31,348 nt of DNA from a virus (Duplodnaviria; Caudoviricetes), in the IMG/VR virus record IMGVR_UViG_3300011439_000037, positions 1 to 31,348 of that record. One strand, given 5' to 3'. Of the stretch, positions 1 to 7,182 are shown one piece after another. A program made the position numbers and the translations under genes. The notes below the pieces were generated by a model, which searched no databases, was not told the DNA's origin, and saw nothing but the letters and a program-made list of their open reading frames with translations. Numbering within the stretch: position 1 is the stretch's first letter; the number at the start of each line of letters is the position of its first letter.

Positions 1-222
1 ACCGAACTCCTTTTTATGCAGAGCATCAACATCCATAGTTCCAGTCTCTCGGAGGGTGCGGATTTCGAGGATGATAAACCCGAGCAGTGCATTGAGTTCC
101 GAGATTTCTTCCATAGTGGGAGTTTTCCTCATGCCAATCCACCGCATTGAAATGTTTCGGGCGTTGATGGCGTAGAGCTGACCTTCAATGGTTTCTAGGT
201 GTTGTTTTTGTTCGTCCGTCAT
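1..222 (-). CDS. Hypothetical protein, partial (runs off the left edge): MTDEQKQHLETIEGQLYAINARN...
   Basis: ATG at 222 with GGAGG just upstream; 74 codons open to the window edge (hand-translated, not in the ORF track). Confidence 0.75.
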   Translation of the reverse strand, partial: MTDEQKQHLETIEGQLYAINARNISMRWIGMRKTPTMEEISELNALLGFIILEIRTLRETGTMDVDALHKKEFG

Positions 223-245
223 AAAACCTCCTGGGAGTCCCAATG

Positions 246-488
246 TTACTCAAATTTTGATAGGTTCTCATTTTTTTCTACAGGATTTGGTTCAAACCCA
301 CAGGAAATGCAGACTTCCTGGGACATGTAGTTTTCGTTGTGGCAGCGAGGACATCGCCTCACATGGATTTTGCCGTCTTCTTTGCTTTGGTAGCCGTAGC
401 CCTGAACTCGACCATCCTCAGTTTCCCAGCGAATGTCGTTGGAGTCGTGGTCTTCTGGGGTTGGGTACATGACTGTTTTGAATTTCAT
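246..488 (-). CDS. Small protein with C-terminal zinc ribbon (CPRC...CISC), 80 aa
   Basis: Start reassigned to ATG 488, which overlaps the upstream TGA as ATGA; two CxxC pairs. Confidence 0.8.
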   Translation of the reverse strand: MKFKTVMYPTPEDHDSNDIRWETEDGRVQGYGYQSKEDGKIHVRRCPRCHNENYMSQEVCISCGFEPNPVEKNENLSKFE

Positions 489-634
489 AAAAGGTGTGAG
501 TATTTGGTAAAGCCTCCGATAAGCAGGAAGAGCCACAAGGTTCCCATAATATAGAAGGTTTCGTTGCCGAACCGCTTTTTACAGTCCCACAAAAAATACA
601 TGCTCAGTGCTATCAAAAGAATTGCGTATATCAT
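485..634 (-). CDS. Small membrane protein, 49 aa (MIYAILLIALSMYFLWDCKKRFGNETFYIMGTLWLFLLIGGFTKYSHLL)
   Basis: Hand-translated; two hydrophobic segments; ATG 6 nt after a -10; stop coupled to the next gene by ATGA. Confidence 0.75.
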   Translation of the reverse strand: MIYAILLIALSMYFLWDCKKRFGNETFYIMGTLWLFLLIGGFTKYSHLL

Positions 635-635
635 G

Positions 636-670
636 CCAACACTATAACACAATGCTTGCTATTTGTCAAC
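636..670 (-). promoter_or_regulatory. Class I sigma70-type promoter TTGACA-17-(TGt)TATAGT, leaderless to ATG 634
   Basis: Consensus -35, 17-nt spacer, extended -10; 28/35 nt identical to 24264..24298. Confidence 0.8.
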
Positions 671-793
671 CTCGTGCTCGTTGTACCACTCGGAATAGGA
701 CTCTAGCTTGCCTTTGAAGTAGAGAACCACGCACAGAACGATTAGTGCAATGATTACACCAATGACTTTTAGTAGAAAAAATAGTATTTCCAT
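659..793 (-). CDS. Small single-pass membrane protein, 44 aa (MEILFFLLKVIGVIIALIVLCVVLYFKGKLESYSEWYNEHEVDK)
   Basis: Hand-translated; long hydrophobic N-terminus then a charged tail; fills the gap between the tRNA and the next promoter. Confidence 0.65.
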   Translation of the reverse strand: MEILFFLLKVIGVIIALIVLCVVLYFKGKLESYSEWYNEHEVDK

Positions 794-794
794 G

Positions 795-866
795 TTCCAG
801 GGGTCAGACTCGAACTGACATAGACTCGGTTATGAGCCGAGCGAGCAACCTTTACTCCACCCTGGG
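795..866 (-). tRNA. tRNA-Met(CAT), initiator (fMet)-like; CCA not encoded
   Basis: Cloverleaf CCCAGGG-TG-GAGT-AAAGGTT-GCTC-G-CTCGG-CTCATAA-CCGAG-TCTAT-GTCAG-TTCGAGT-CTGAC-CCCTGGA-A; C1:A72 mismatch and A11:U24 pair. Confidence 0.93.
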
Positions 867-898
867 GAGTGTGGGGATGTTGCCAGAGCCCCACTATT

Positions 899-1378
899 TT
901 AGTCGTGCTTGAGTGTATTGAGATAATCAATACGAGCAATATCATCCCCAGTGACGGGCATGTTGTGTCTCTTTGACTCTAGCGACCTGAGCTCTGCTTT
1001 TTCTTCATCGGTTGCGATTTGTCGTCCTTCTTCATCAAACCTGACATTTTCGCTCCCTTCGACTTCATCCGCTCCAGTAGCGTCAGTTTCCTCAGCTTCA
1101 TTTTGAGCTGGTACTGCGTCTGCTGCGGGTTCAGTTCCCGCTTCTGATAGGGGGGCTTCTGCTGGAGCTTCGATGTTTTCTCCCTGGCTCTCGCCTCTAT
1201 CTTCGCTCGAAGTTTCTGCTTGCTGCTCTTCATTCCCAGTTTCAGGGTTTGTATCTCCCTCTGGACTTCCAGGTTGGCTTGGAACGGGTTGGTTCCCGTC
1301 TTCGCCACTGACTTGGGCTGCTGGAGAAACTTCTGTCTCGGGCTCAGTTCCTTCGACTTGGTTTTGTTCGTCTTGCAT
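899..1378 (-). CDS. Highly acidic, largely disordered protein, 159 aa
   Basis: Strong SD (AAAGGAGGTGA); about 120 E/Q/A/P/G-rich residues then a short helical-looking C-terminus. Confidence 0.85.
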   Translation of the reverse strand: MQDEQNQVEGTEPETEVSPAAQVSGEDGNQPVPSQPGSPEGDTNPETGNEEQQAETSSEDRGESQGENIEAPAEAPLSEAGTEPAADAVPAQNEAEETDATGADEVEGSENVRFDEEGRQIATDEEKAELRSLESKRHNMPVTGDDIARIDYLNTLKHD

Positions 1379-1398
1379 GGTGTTTCACCTCCTTTCAT

Positions 1399-1445
1399 AA
1401 TAATAGTGTTGCATTTTTTCTGCGGTTATGCAATAGTTGTAGTAT
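1399..1445. promoter_or_regulatory. Class II overlapping divergent promoters with TCTGCGGT box
   Basis: Plus: TTGCAT(1409)-17-AATAGT-8-ATG 1446. Minus: TTGCAT(1433)-17-AACACT-6-ATG 1398. Box at 1419..1426. Confidence 0.65.
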
Positions 1446-1598
1446 ATGGGAAAAGCTAAAAAACTCAAAATGCTACGAAAAGCAGTGCAAGGTTTAGCTC
1501 CCCAGGTTCCGTTTGCTGCACTCAAACCCCATTATAAACGAATGAAGAAAATTATACTGAAAGGAGGGCAACCAAATGTTACACATCCTTTACACTGA
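1446..1598 (+). CDS. Small basic protein, 50 aa (MGKAKKLKMLRKAVQGLAPQVPFAALKPHYKRMKKIILKGGQPNVTHPLH)
   Basis: Hand-translated; first ORF after the divergent promoter; contains the SD of the next gene. Confidence 0.65.
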   Translation: MGKAKKLKMLRKAVQGLAPQVPFAALKPHYKRMKKIILKGGQPNVTHPLH

Positions 1599-1875
1599 GG
1601 AAGAAGGTGGAGATTTCCGAGAATTCCACTACATTGCTGAAAATTCCGACAAAAAAACTCGAGAACTGTATGAAACTGCGGTCAAATCGGGGCAACTCAT
1701 GTACTCTATCGGTGACAGAACGGTGAATATCAAGCCAGCCTACATCTCTTTGGTGGAAACTACTGAGGATTTTGACTTTGTGCTTGGTCGAACCCGCATG
1801 GAACCACCAGTACACACTCCAATTATCGAAGCCAGTGTCGAAATCACTGATAAGAAGGAGGAAAATGTCCAATAA
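1576..1875 (+). CDS. Hypothetical protein, 99 aa
   Basis: SD AAGGAGGG at 1561; overlaps both neighbours in operon fashion. Confidence 0.8.
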   Translation: MLHILYTEEEGGDFREFHYIAENSDKKTRELYETAVKSGQLMYSIGDRTVNIKPAYISLVETTEDFDFVLGRTRMEPPVHTPIIEASVEITDKKEENVQ

Positions 1876-2836
1876 ATTACCCACCATTGGGTTTATTGGC
1901 AATTTCGTTCCTCCATTTTCCACGGAAAACGACAGGAAGTGGAGTTTTGAGAAACTCGGTTACAAAGTCGTCCCTTTTCAGGAGTCTCGCACTACTGTTG
2001 AGGAATTACGCCGACACATGCGGGACGAATTCTACTCAGACCCCATCGGAGTTGAGTGTTTTGATGTTTTGTTCTACTCCCACACTCACGGCTGGGAAAT
2101 TCCTGGGCTTATTGAGTTTTTTGAGGAGTGTAAAGAGAAAAAAATCCCCACAGTCTCAGTTCATCTTGATAGATGGGCGTGGCTCGAGCGGGTGACTGAT
2201 GTTGGCAAGGAAGCAACCTGGTTTACCGAGCATTTGTTCATGGCTGACGGTTCTCCCGAGGCTGAACAGCTTTATGCCAGACATTCTTTGAACTGGCACT
2301 TCCTCAAACCTGGTGTTGTTGAGCGTGATTGCTACATGGCAGCTCCAGACCCCGCAATGTTTCCCCATGAAATTGTGTTTGTTGGCTCAAAAGGCTACCA
2401 CCCCGAGTATGCGTTTCGTCCAAAGCTCATTGAATTCCTAGCCGAAACCTACGGTGACAGATTTGGTCACTGGGGTAATGATGGATTGGGTGTAATTCGT
2501 GAAGGTGGTCTCAACACACTCATGGCTTCTGCAAAAATTGTTGTTGGTGACTCCTGTTTTGGTGGCAGACCTGATTATGTGTCCGACAGGTACTACGAAA
2601 CTCGTGGAAGAGGTGGCTTTTTACTCCATCCTCATCCCGAAGGTGGGAGAATTGACAATGTTGGGGTCGGTCACTACCAGCCACAAAATCTCGTTTCCCT
2701 AAAAGAAAAAATTGATTATTATTTGGAGCACTCTTTTGAGCGTGAAGAAATGCGGGAGATGGGTTTCAACTGGGTAAAAGACCACGAGACCTACACCAAT
2801 CGCACAAAAGAAATGATGGAGGTCATTTTCCCATGA
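1865..2836 (+). CDS. Glycosyltransferase, GT-B fold, CgeB/YkvP-like (Glyco_trans_1_2)
   Basis: Start moved to ATG 1865 (SD AAGGAGG); motifs IVFVGS, SDRYYETRGRGGFLL, IDYYLEH..ERE....G...V..HETYTNR. Confidence 0.85.
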   Translation: MSNKLPTIGFIGNFVPPFSTENDRKWSFEKLGYKVVPFQESRTTVEELRRHMRDEFYSDPIGVECFDVLFYSHTHGWEIPGLIEFFEECKEKKIPTVSVHLDRWAWLERVTDVGKEATWFTEHLFMADGSPEAEQLYARHSLNWHFLKPGVVERDCYMAAPDPAMFPHEIVFVGSKGYHPEYAFRPKLIEFLAETYGDRFGHWGNDGLGVIREGGLNTLMASAKIVVGDSCFGGRPDYVSDRYYETRGRGGFLLHPHPEGGRIDNVGVGHYQPQNLVSLKEKIDYYLEHSFEREEMREMGFNWVKDHETYTNRTKEMMEVIFP

Positions 2837-3510
2837 TTAGTATTCTGCTCCCCACCAGAGGAAGACCCGACATGGCTCGCAAATTTATTGAGTCCGTGCT
2901 TCACACCGCCGACAACCCTGACCAAGTAGAAATCGTGATGCGGGTTGATGATGACGACACCAGTTATGACGACTGGAGGCACATTCCCCAGGCTCACCTG
3001 TATCTGGGAAAGCGAGAGAACCTTTCATCCTGCTATTTGTGGGAGAGAGCTCGGGGCGACATCTTCTTTATGGGTGGCGATGACTTGATTTTCCACACAA
3101 AGGGTTGGGATACCAAGGTCGAAGCGGAGTTTGCCAAGTACCCTGACAAAATTCTTCTCGTTTATGGGGATGATGGCGACCCAAATACTGAAAAAACCAA
3201 CGCTTCCCATGGATTTATTCATCGTAATTGGTGCAACGCCCTTGGTCGTTACCTTCCACCCTATTTTAGTGGGGACTTTGTTGATACCTGGCTCACTTTC
3301 CTGGCTGATGGGGTTGGTCGAAAGGTGAAAATTGACATCGTTACCGAGCATTTACACCCAGCTTTCAACAAAAGAGAGCAGGACAGGACTGACAAAGAGC
3401 GATGGGAGAAGCATTTCAAGGATGACATGCCACAAAAGTTTCTCGACACTCTCCCAGAGCGTGAGGCGGATGTGGTAAAGCTCAAGAAATTCATGGAGGA
3501 CTTCAAATGA
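2833..3510 (+). CDS. Glycosyltransferase, GT-A/GT2-like
   Basis: N-terminal ISILLPTRGRP, EIVMRVDDDD, DxD-like FFMGGDDL, late EHLHP; ATGA-coupled. Confidence 0.85.
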   Translation: MISILLPTRGRPDMARKFIESVLHTADNPDQVEIVMRVDDDDTSYDDWRHIPQAHLYLGKRENLSSCYLWERARGDIFFMGGDDLIFHTKGWDTKVEAEFAKYPDKILLVYGDDGDPNTEKTNASHGFIHRNWCNALGRYLPPYFSGDFVDTWLTFLADGVGRKVKIDIVTEHLHPAFNKREQDRTDKERWEKHFKDDMPQKFLDTLPEREADVVKLKKFMEDFK

Positions 3511-4409
3511 AAATCATCGTAACAGGCGAACAAGGATTTATCGGCTCCCACATGGCAGCTTTTTTGGTGCAAAAGGGACATGATGTACGATTTATTACAC
3601 CCCAGGGCAAAGACCTTCGCAATTTTGAGGGTTTGACCGACCAACTGCGGGGTATCGACATGGTATTTCACTTTGCAGCCAACATGGGTGGGGTTGGGTT
3701 CTTCTCAGAGCACAACTACCAACCATTCATCGACAACGCCCAGATAGACATGAACATTTTTACCGCTTGCCAGGAGGCTGGGGTTGGAAGATTGTTCTAT
3801 GCTGCCTCGGCTTGCATCTACCCGATTGATATTCAGGCAAATGAAAACGCCATTCCCTCTCTCAAAGAGACTCAAATCATTCCAGCACATGCTGACCAAA
3901 TGTACGGCTGGGAAAAACTGATGATGATGCTTCTTGCCAAACACGCACCTATGGATGTTCGAGTTGGTATCCTCAATACCGTTTTTGGTGAGGGTCAAAC
4001 CTGGATTGGAGACCGAGTGAAGTTCCCACCAGCTATCACCTACAAGGTTTTACAGGCAAAAAAGTCTGGGGCTTCCATCCCTATTTGGGGTAATGGAAAT
4101 CAAACCAGAACTTTTCTCTATATTCAGGATGCGGTTGAAAAAATCTATGAAATTATGATGACTCCCGAGTATTTTGGGGAAGTGAATGTTGCCAGCGATG
4201 AAATTGTTACAATAAAGCAGTGTGCTGACTGGCTCTGTGAAATTGCGGGCATCACTCCTGATTATCAGTTTGACACCACCAAGCCGAGTGGAGTTTTGGC
4301 TCGAGGCATTGATAACACAAAATTCAATGAGCATTACAAATATCGAAGTCAATTCACAACCCGACAGGGGTTTGAAAACCTGTATCACTGGATGGAACAA
4401 CAAGTATGA
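3507..4409 (+). CDS. NAD-dependent nucleotide-sugar epimerase, GDP-mannose 3,5-epimerase-like
   Basis: TGEQGFIGSH (GxxGxxG), FAANMGGVGF, YAASACIYP, YGWEK (YxxxK), WGNGNQTRTFLYI. Confidence 0.88.
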   Translation: MKIIVTGEQGFIGSHMAAFLVQKGHDVRFITPQGKDLRNFEGLTDQLRGIDMVFHFAANMGGVGFFSEHNYQPFIDNAQIDMNIFTACQEAGVGRLFYAASACIYPIDIQANENAIPSLKETQIIPAHADQMYGWEKLMMMLLAKHAPMDVRVGILNTVFGEGQTWIGDRVKFPPAITYKVLQAKKSGASIPIWGNGNQTRTFLYIQDAVEKIYEIMMTPEYFGEVNVASDEIVTIKQCADWLCEIAGITPDYQFDTTKPSGVLARGIDNTKFNEHYKYRSQFTTRQGFENLYHWMEQQV

Positions 4410-5917
4410 AAATAAACTATCTCTCAACCAAAGAAGGAACACCAGCCTCGGGATACTGGGATATGGCGTTCATTGAAGACATTCTGCGTGACCTGCCCGA
4501 CTCAGAACGAGCGGTGTTCGTCATTCCTGCTGCCTACCAAGGTGATATGGTGCCCGCAATAAACGCTGAAATAAACAAACACGACCATGTGGTTGTTTTT
4601 ATCACTTCCGATGAGGAGCACAAGTTCCCAACCGAGCAACTTCGACACCCAAGTATGTATGTGTTCGAGCAGTACAAGGCGACTTTCCCTCTGGGCTACA
4701 CCCCACAAACCAGGAGCGAGCTCAGGAAAATTGGCTACCAAAAGAAAACTCTTCCTTATTTTTATTCAGGACAAATCAACCACATCCGAAGGCAACAACT
4801 CCAAGATGTGCTCGTGAAGTATGACCATGGTCGCCAATACTTTTTCCCCACCGATGGCTTTGCCAAGGGTATGAACCCCGAGGGATATTTCCAAATGATG
4901 TCTCGAGCAACGGCTGTTCCCTGTCCTCCAGGCAATGTGACTCAGGACTCATTCCGTGTGTATGAAGCACTTGAGGCTGGGGCGGTTCCTATTGTTGATA
5001 GGTTTTCAGCTCAGGGCGAAGGTGAGTATTGGGAGAAAATGTTCCCCGATGCACCGTTCCCAATTCTTTCGTCTTACCAGGAACTCCCAGAACTCATTGA
5101 AAAGTGCCAAGACCCCATGCTCCGCAACAAGGTGTTTGCCTGGTGGATTGGAAAAAAGATGAAGCTCCGCCAGCAAATGAAGGATATTTTGGGTATCAAA
5201 GAAGCTCTCACTATTGTGGTGCCGACCTCCTACATCCCTTCCCACCCAAACACCACAGTCATTGACCAGACTATTGCCTCAATCCGCTACCACACGGGCT
5301 CGGATATTATCCTGACCATTGATGGTTTGCGGGATGAGCACAAAGAAATGAGTAATGATTACACAGAATACATCCGAAGGCTCTTATGGAAGTGCAACTT
5401 TGAGTATGAGAACGTCCACCCAATCCTTTTTGAAAAACACACCCACCAAGCTGGAATGATGAAAAAGGCTTTGACCCAGGTGCATACCGACCTCGTGATG
5501 TATGTGGAACACGACACCCCACTTGTTACGGATGAACCAATCGACTGGGAGTACATCGTTAAAGTATTGATGCAGGGGGACGCTCACGCAATCCGCTTCC
5601 ACTTTGAGGCACGAATTCCCGAGGAGCACAAATATATGATGCTTCCTGAACACGATATGCCGTATCTCCAAGCCACAATTCAGTGGAGCCAGAGACCCCA
5701 CATCGTCAGAACCAACTTTTACCGTGGCATTATGCAGCTCTTCTCTGACAACGCTGACTGTTTCATTGAAGACTTTATCCATGGCAAATGTGCCGAGGGT
5801 GACTGGAACGATTGGAAGCTGTTTATTTATTCTCCTCCAGGCAACAATATAAAAAGAAGTCTCAACCTTGATGGTCGTGCGGGTGGGGCAAAATATGACG
5901 ACAAACAAATATGGTAA
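4406..5917 (+). CDS. Two-domain glycosyltransferase: exostosin/GT47-like N-domain plus GT-A C-domain
   Basis: FYSGQ...RR...PCPPGN..DSFRVYEALEAGAVPIV (exostosin-like); IVVPTS...IILTIDG...MYVEHD (GT-A-like). Confidence 0.78.
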   Translation: MKINYLSTKEGTPASGYWDMAFIEDILRDLPDSERAVFVIPAAYQGDMVPAINAEINKHDHVVVFITSDEEHKFPTEQLRHPSMYVFEQYKATFPLGYTPQTRSELRKIGYQKKTLPYFYSGQINHIRRQQLQDVLVKYDHGRQYFFPTDGFAKGMNPEGYFQMMSRATAVPCPPGNVTQDSFRVYEALEAGAVPIVDRFSAQGEGEYWEKMFPDAPFPILSSYQELPELIEKCQDPMLRNKVFAWWIGKKMKLRQQMKDILGIKEALTIVVPTSYIPSHPNTTVIDQTIASIRYHTGSDIILTIDGLRDEHKEMSNDYTEYIRRLLWKCNFEYENVHPILFEKHTHQAGMMKKALTQVHTDLVMYVEHDTPLVTDEPIDWEYIVKVLMQGDAHAIRFHFEARIPEEHKYMMLPEHDMPYLQATIQWSQRPHIVRTNFYRGIMQLFSDNADCFIEDFIHGKCAEGDWNDWKLFIYSPPGNNIKRSLNLDGRAGGAKYDDKQIW

Positions 5918-6969
5918 ACAAAATTGGACTCATCGCTTTTGCAAATGATGGTGGACTGGGAGCTCAAACTCGCAGACTTGCCAAGATGCTCAACCCCGAC
6001 ATCATTATGGTTATCGACTCTTCTGGGTTCTCCAAAAACAAGGTGCAGCATTTTGAGTGGTACCGAGAGTGGAACCACTTTATTGTGGGCGGTCTCCCAG
6101 GAAATCTTGCCATTCAAACCTTCCTTCAAAACCTGACCCATGTGTTTGTATGTGAAAATCCTTACAATTTTGGACTCGTGTACTGGGGACAACAGCAGGG
6201 GACGAAGGTTTTCGTGCAGAGTAACTACGAATTTTGCGACAACCTGGACAAACCATGGTTGCCAGTACCAGACAAATTTCTCATGCCTTCTCACTGGATG
6301 ATACCTGAGATGTTGGAAAAGTACGGCACCGACAAAGTGATGTATCTCCCACCACCCATCAACCCCAATGAATTCACCAAGGCTCGGGAGCAAAACATGA
6401 AACGCCGTGGTAAAAAGCGTTTCCTTCACCTTATTGGAACTGCTGCCACCGAGGATAGAAACGGTACCTTGGATTTGATTGATACCCTGAAACTCACCAC
6501 TGGTGATTTTGAAGTTGTCATCCGCTCCCAACAACCACTCTCCATGGACGTTTACTTGGACGACCCACGGGTTACTTATGAAGTGAACAACTGGGACGAA
6601 AACTGGGAACTCTACAATGACTTTGATGCTCTACTCTTGCCTCGCAGGTGGGGTGGATTGTGCCTCCCAATGCTTGAAGCCCTGATGTCGGGACTCCCCG
6701 TACTGATGACTGACATTTCTCCCAACAAGGAGGTTTTGCCACGACAGTGGGTAGCTCCAGCCAATCGCATGGGAACTTTTATGGCTCGCAGCGAAATCCC
6801 CTACTACTCAGTGGGTCATGGAATTTATGCTGAACTTATCGAAATGTTTGCGAAAATGAGTGATGAAGTGATGCTCGAACAGAAGATGAAAGCATTTGGT
6901 TTGGGAGTAGAGAGATTTTCAGACGCAGCACTCAAGCCCAAGTATTTAGAGCTTCTTAACAACGGGTAG
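5911..6969 (+). CDS. Glycosyltransferase, GT-B/GT4-like
   Basis: N-terminal DGGLG loop; DALLLPRRWGGLCLPMLEALMSGLPVLMTD. Confidence 0.88.
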   Translation: MVNKIGLIAFANDGGLGAQTRRLAKMLNPDIIMVIDSSGFSKNKVQHFEWYREWNHFIVGGLPGNLAIQTFLQNLTHVFVCENPYNFGLVYWGQQQGTKVFVQSNYEFCDNLDKPWLPVPDKFLMPSHWMIPEMLEKYGTDKVMYLPPPINPNEFTKAREQNMKRRGKKRFLHLIGTAATEDRNGTLDLIDTLKLTTGDFEVVIRSQQPLSMDVYLDDPRVTYEVNNWDENWELYNDFDALLLPRRWGGLCLPMLEALMSGLPVLMTDISPNKEVLPRQWVAPANRMGTFMARSEIPYYSVGHGIYAELIEMFAKMSDEVMLEQKMKAFGLGVERFSDAALKPKYLELLNNG

Positions 6970-7137
6970 CCCCGAGTGAGTTTCTTTCACAGTCCACCCA
7001 GTAGGTAGTTCAGGACAGTAGTCCTCTTTTTGTTCCCTGCGGAAAAAATAGGTCTTGGTTGCAATCTTATTTCGACCAATGATGGTGTTTCGGCAATGGA
7101 GAAACCACTTGGTTCCTTTGCTGTTGGTATACGTCAT
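6946..7137 (-). CDS. Small conserved-looking hypothetical protein, 63 aa (YTNSKG...YFF...LP.G..V.E..SGLPVVKK)
   Basis: Own leaderless promoter; resembles, from memory, a small uncharacterised family frequent in CPR bacteria; convergent 24-nt overlap with the GT4 gene. Confidence 0.8.
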   Translation of the reverse strand: MTYTNSKGTKWFLHCRNTIIGRNKIATKTYFFRREQKEDYCPELPTGWTVKETHSGLPVVKKL

Positions 7138-7182
7138 AAAATAATAGTAGCATATTTCTGCGGTCTTTGGTATTCTGATAGT
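7138..7182. promoter_or_regulatory. Class II overlapping divergent promoters, both leaderless, with TCTGCGGT box
   Basis: Plus: TAGCAT(7148)-17-(TGg)TATTCT-6-ATG 7183. Minus: (TGc)TACTAT-6-ATG 7137. Box at 7157..7164. Confidence 0.7.

Noticed and set aside
485-793. Small membrane ORFs as holin/spanin lysis genes
   Set aside because: No endolysin or lipobox nearby, and they lie on the strand opposite the late genes.
795-866. tRNA as a prophage attachment site
   Set aside because: Phage-like genes on both sides, no duplicated tRNA 3' end and no integrase in the window.
871-894. Hairpin GTGGGG...CCCCAC as a terminator
   Set aside because: Only 6 bp with a 12-nt loop and no U-tract on the transcribed minus strand; at most part of the tRNA precursor leader.
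5827-6534. Long antisense ORFs (also 5384..5908, 17893..18405, 26109..26648 and others)
   Set aside because: Shadows of well-supported plus-strand genes; no motifs or initiation signals.
7030-7182. N-terminal extension of terL from TTG 7030
   Set aside because: It overlaps the antisense gene and the divergent promoter; ATG 7183 fits the promoter geometry.
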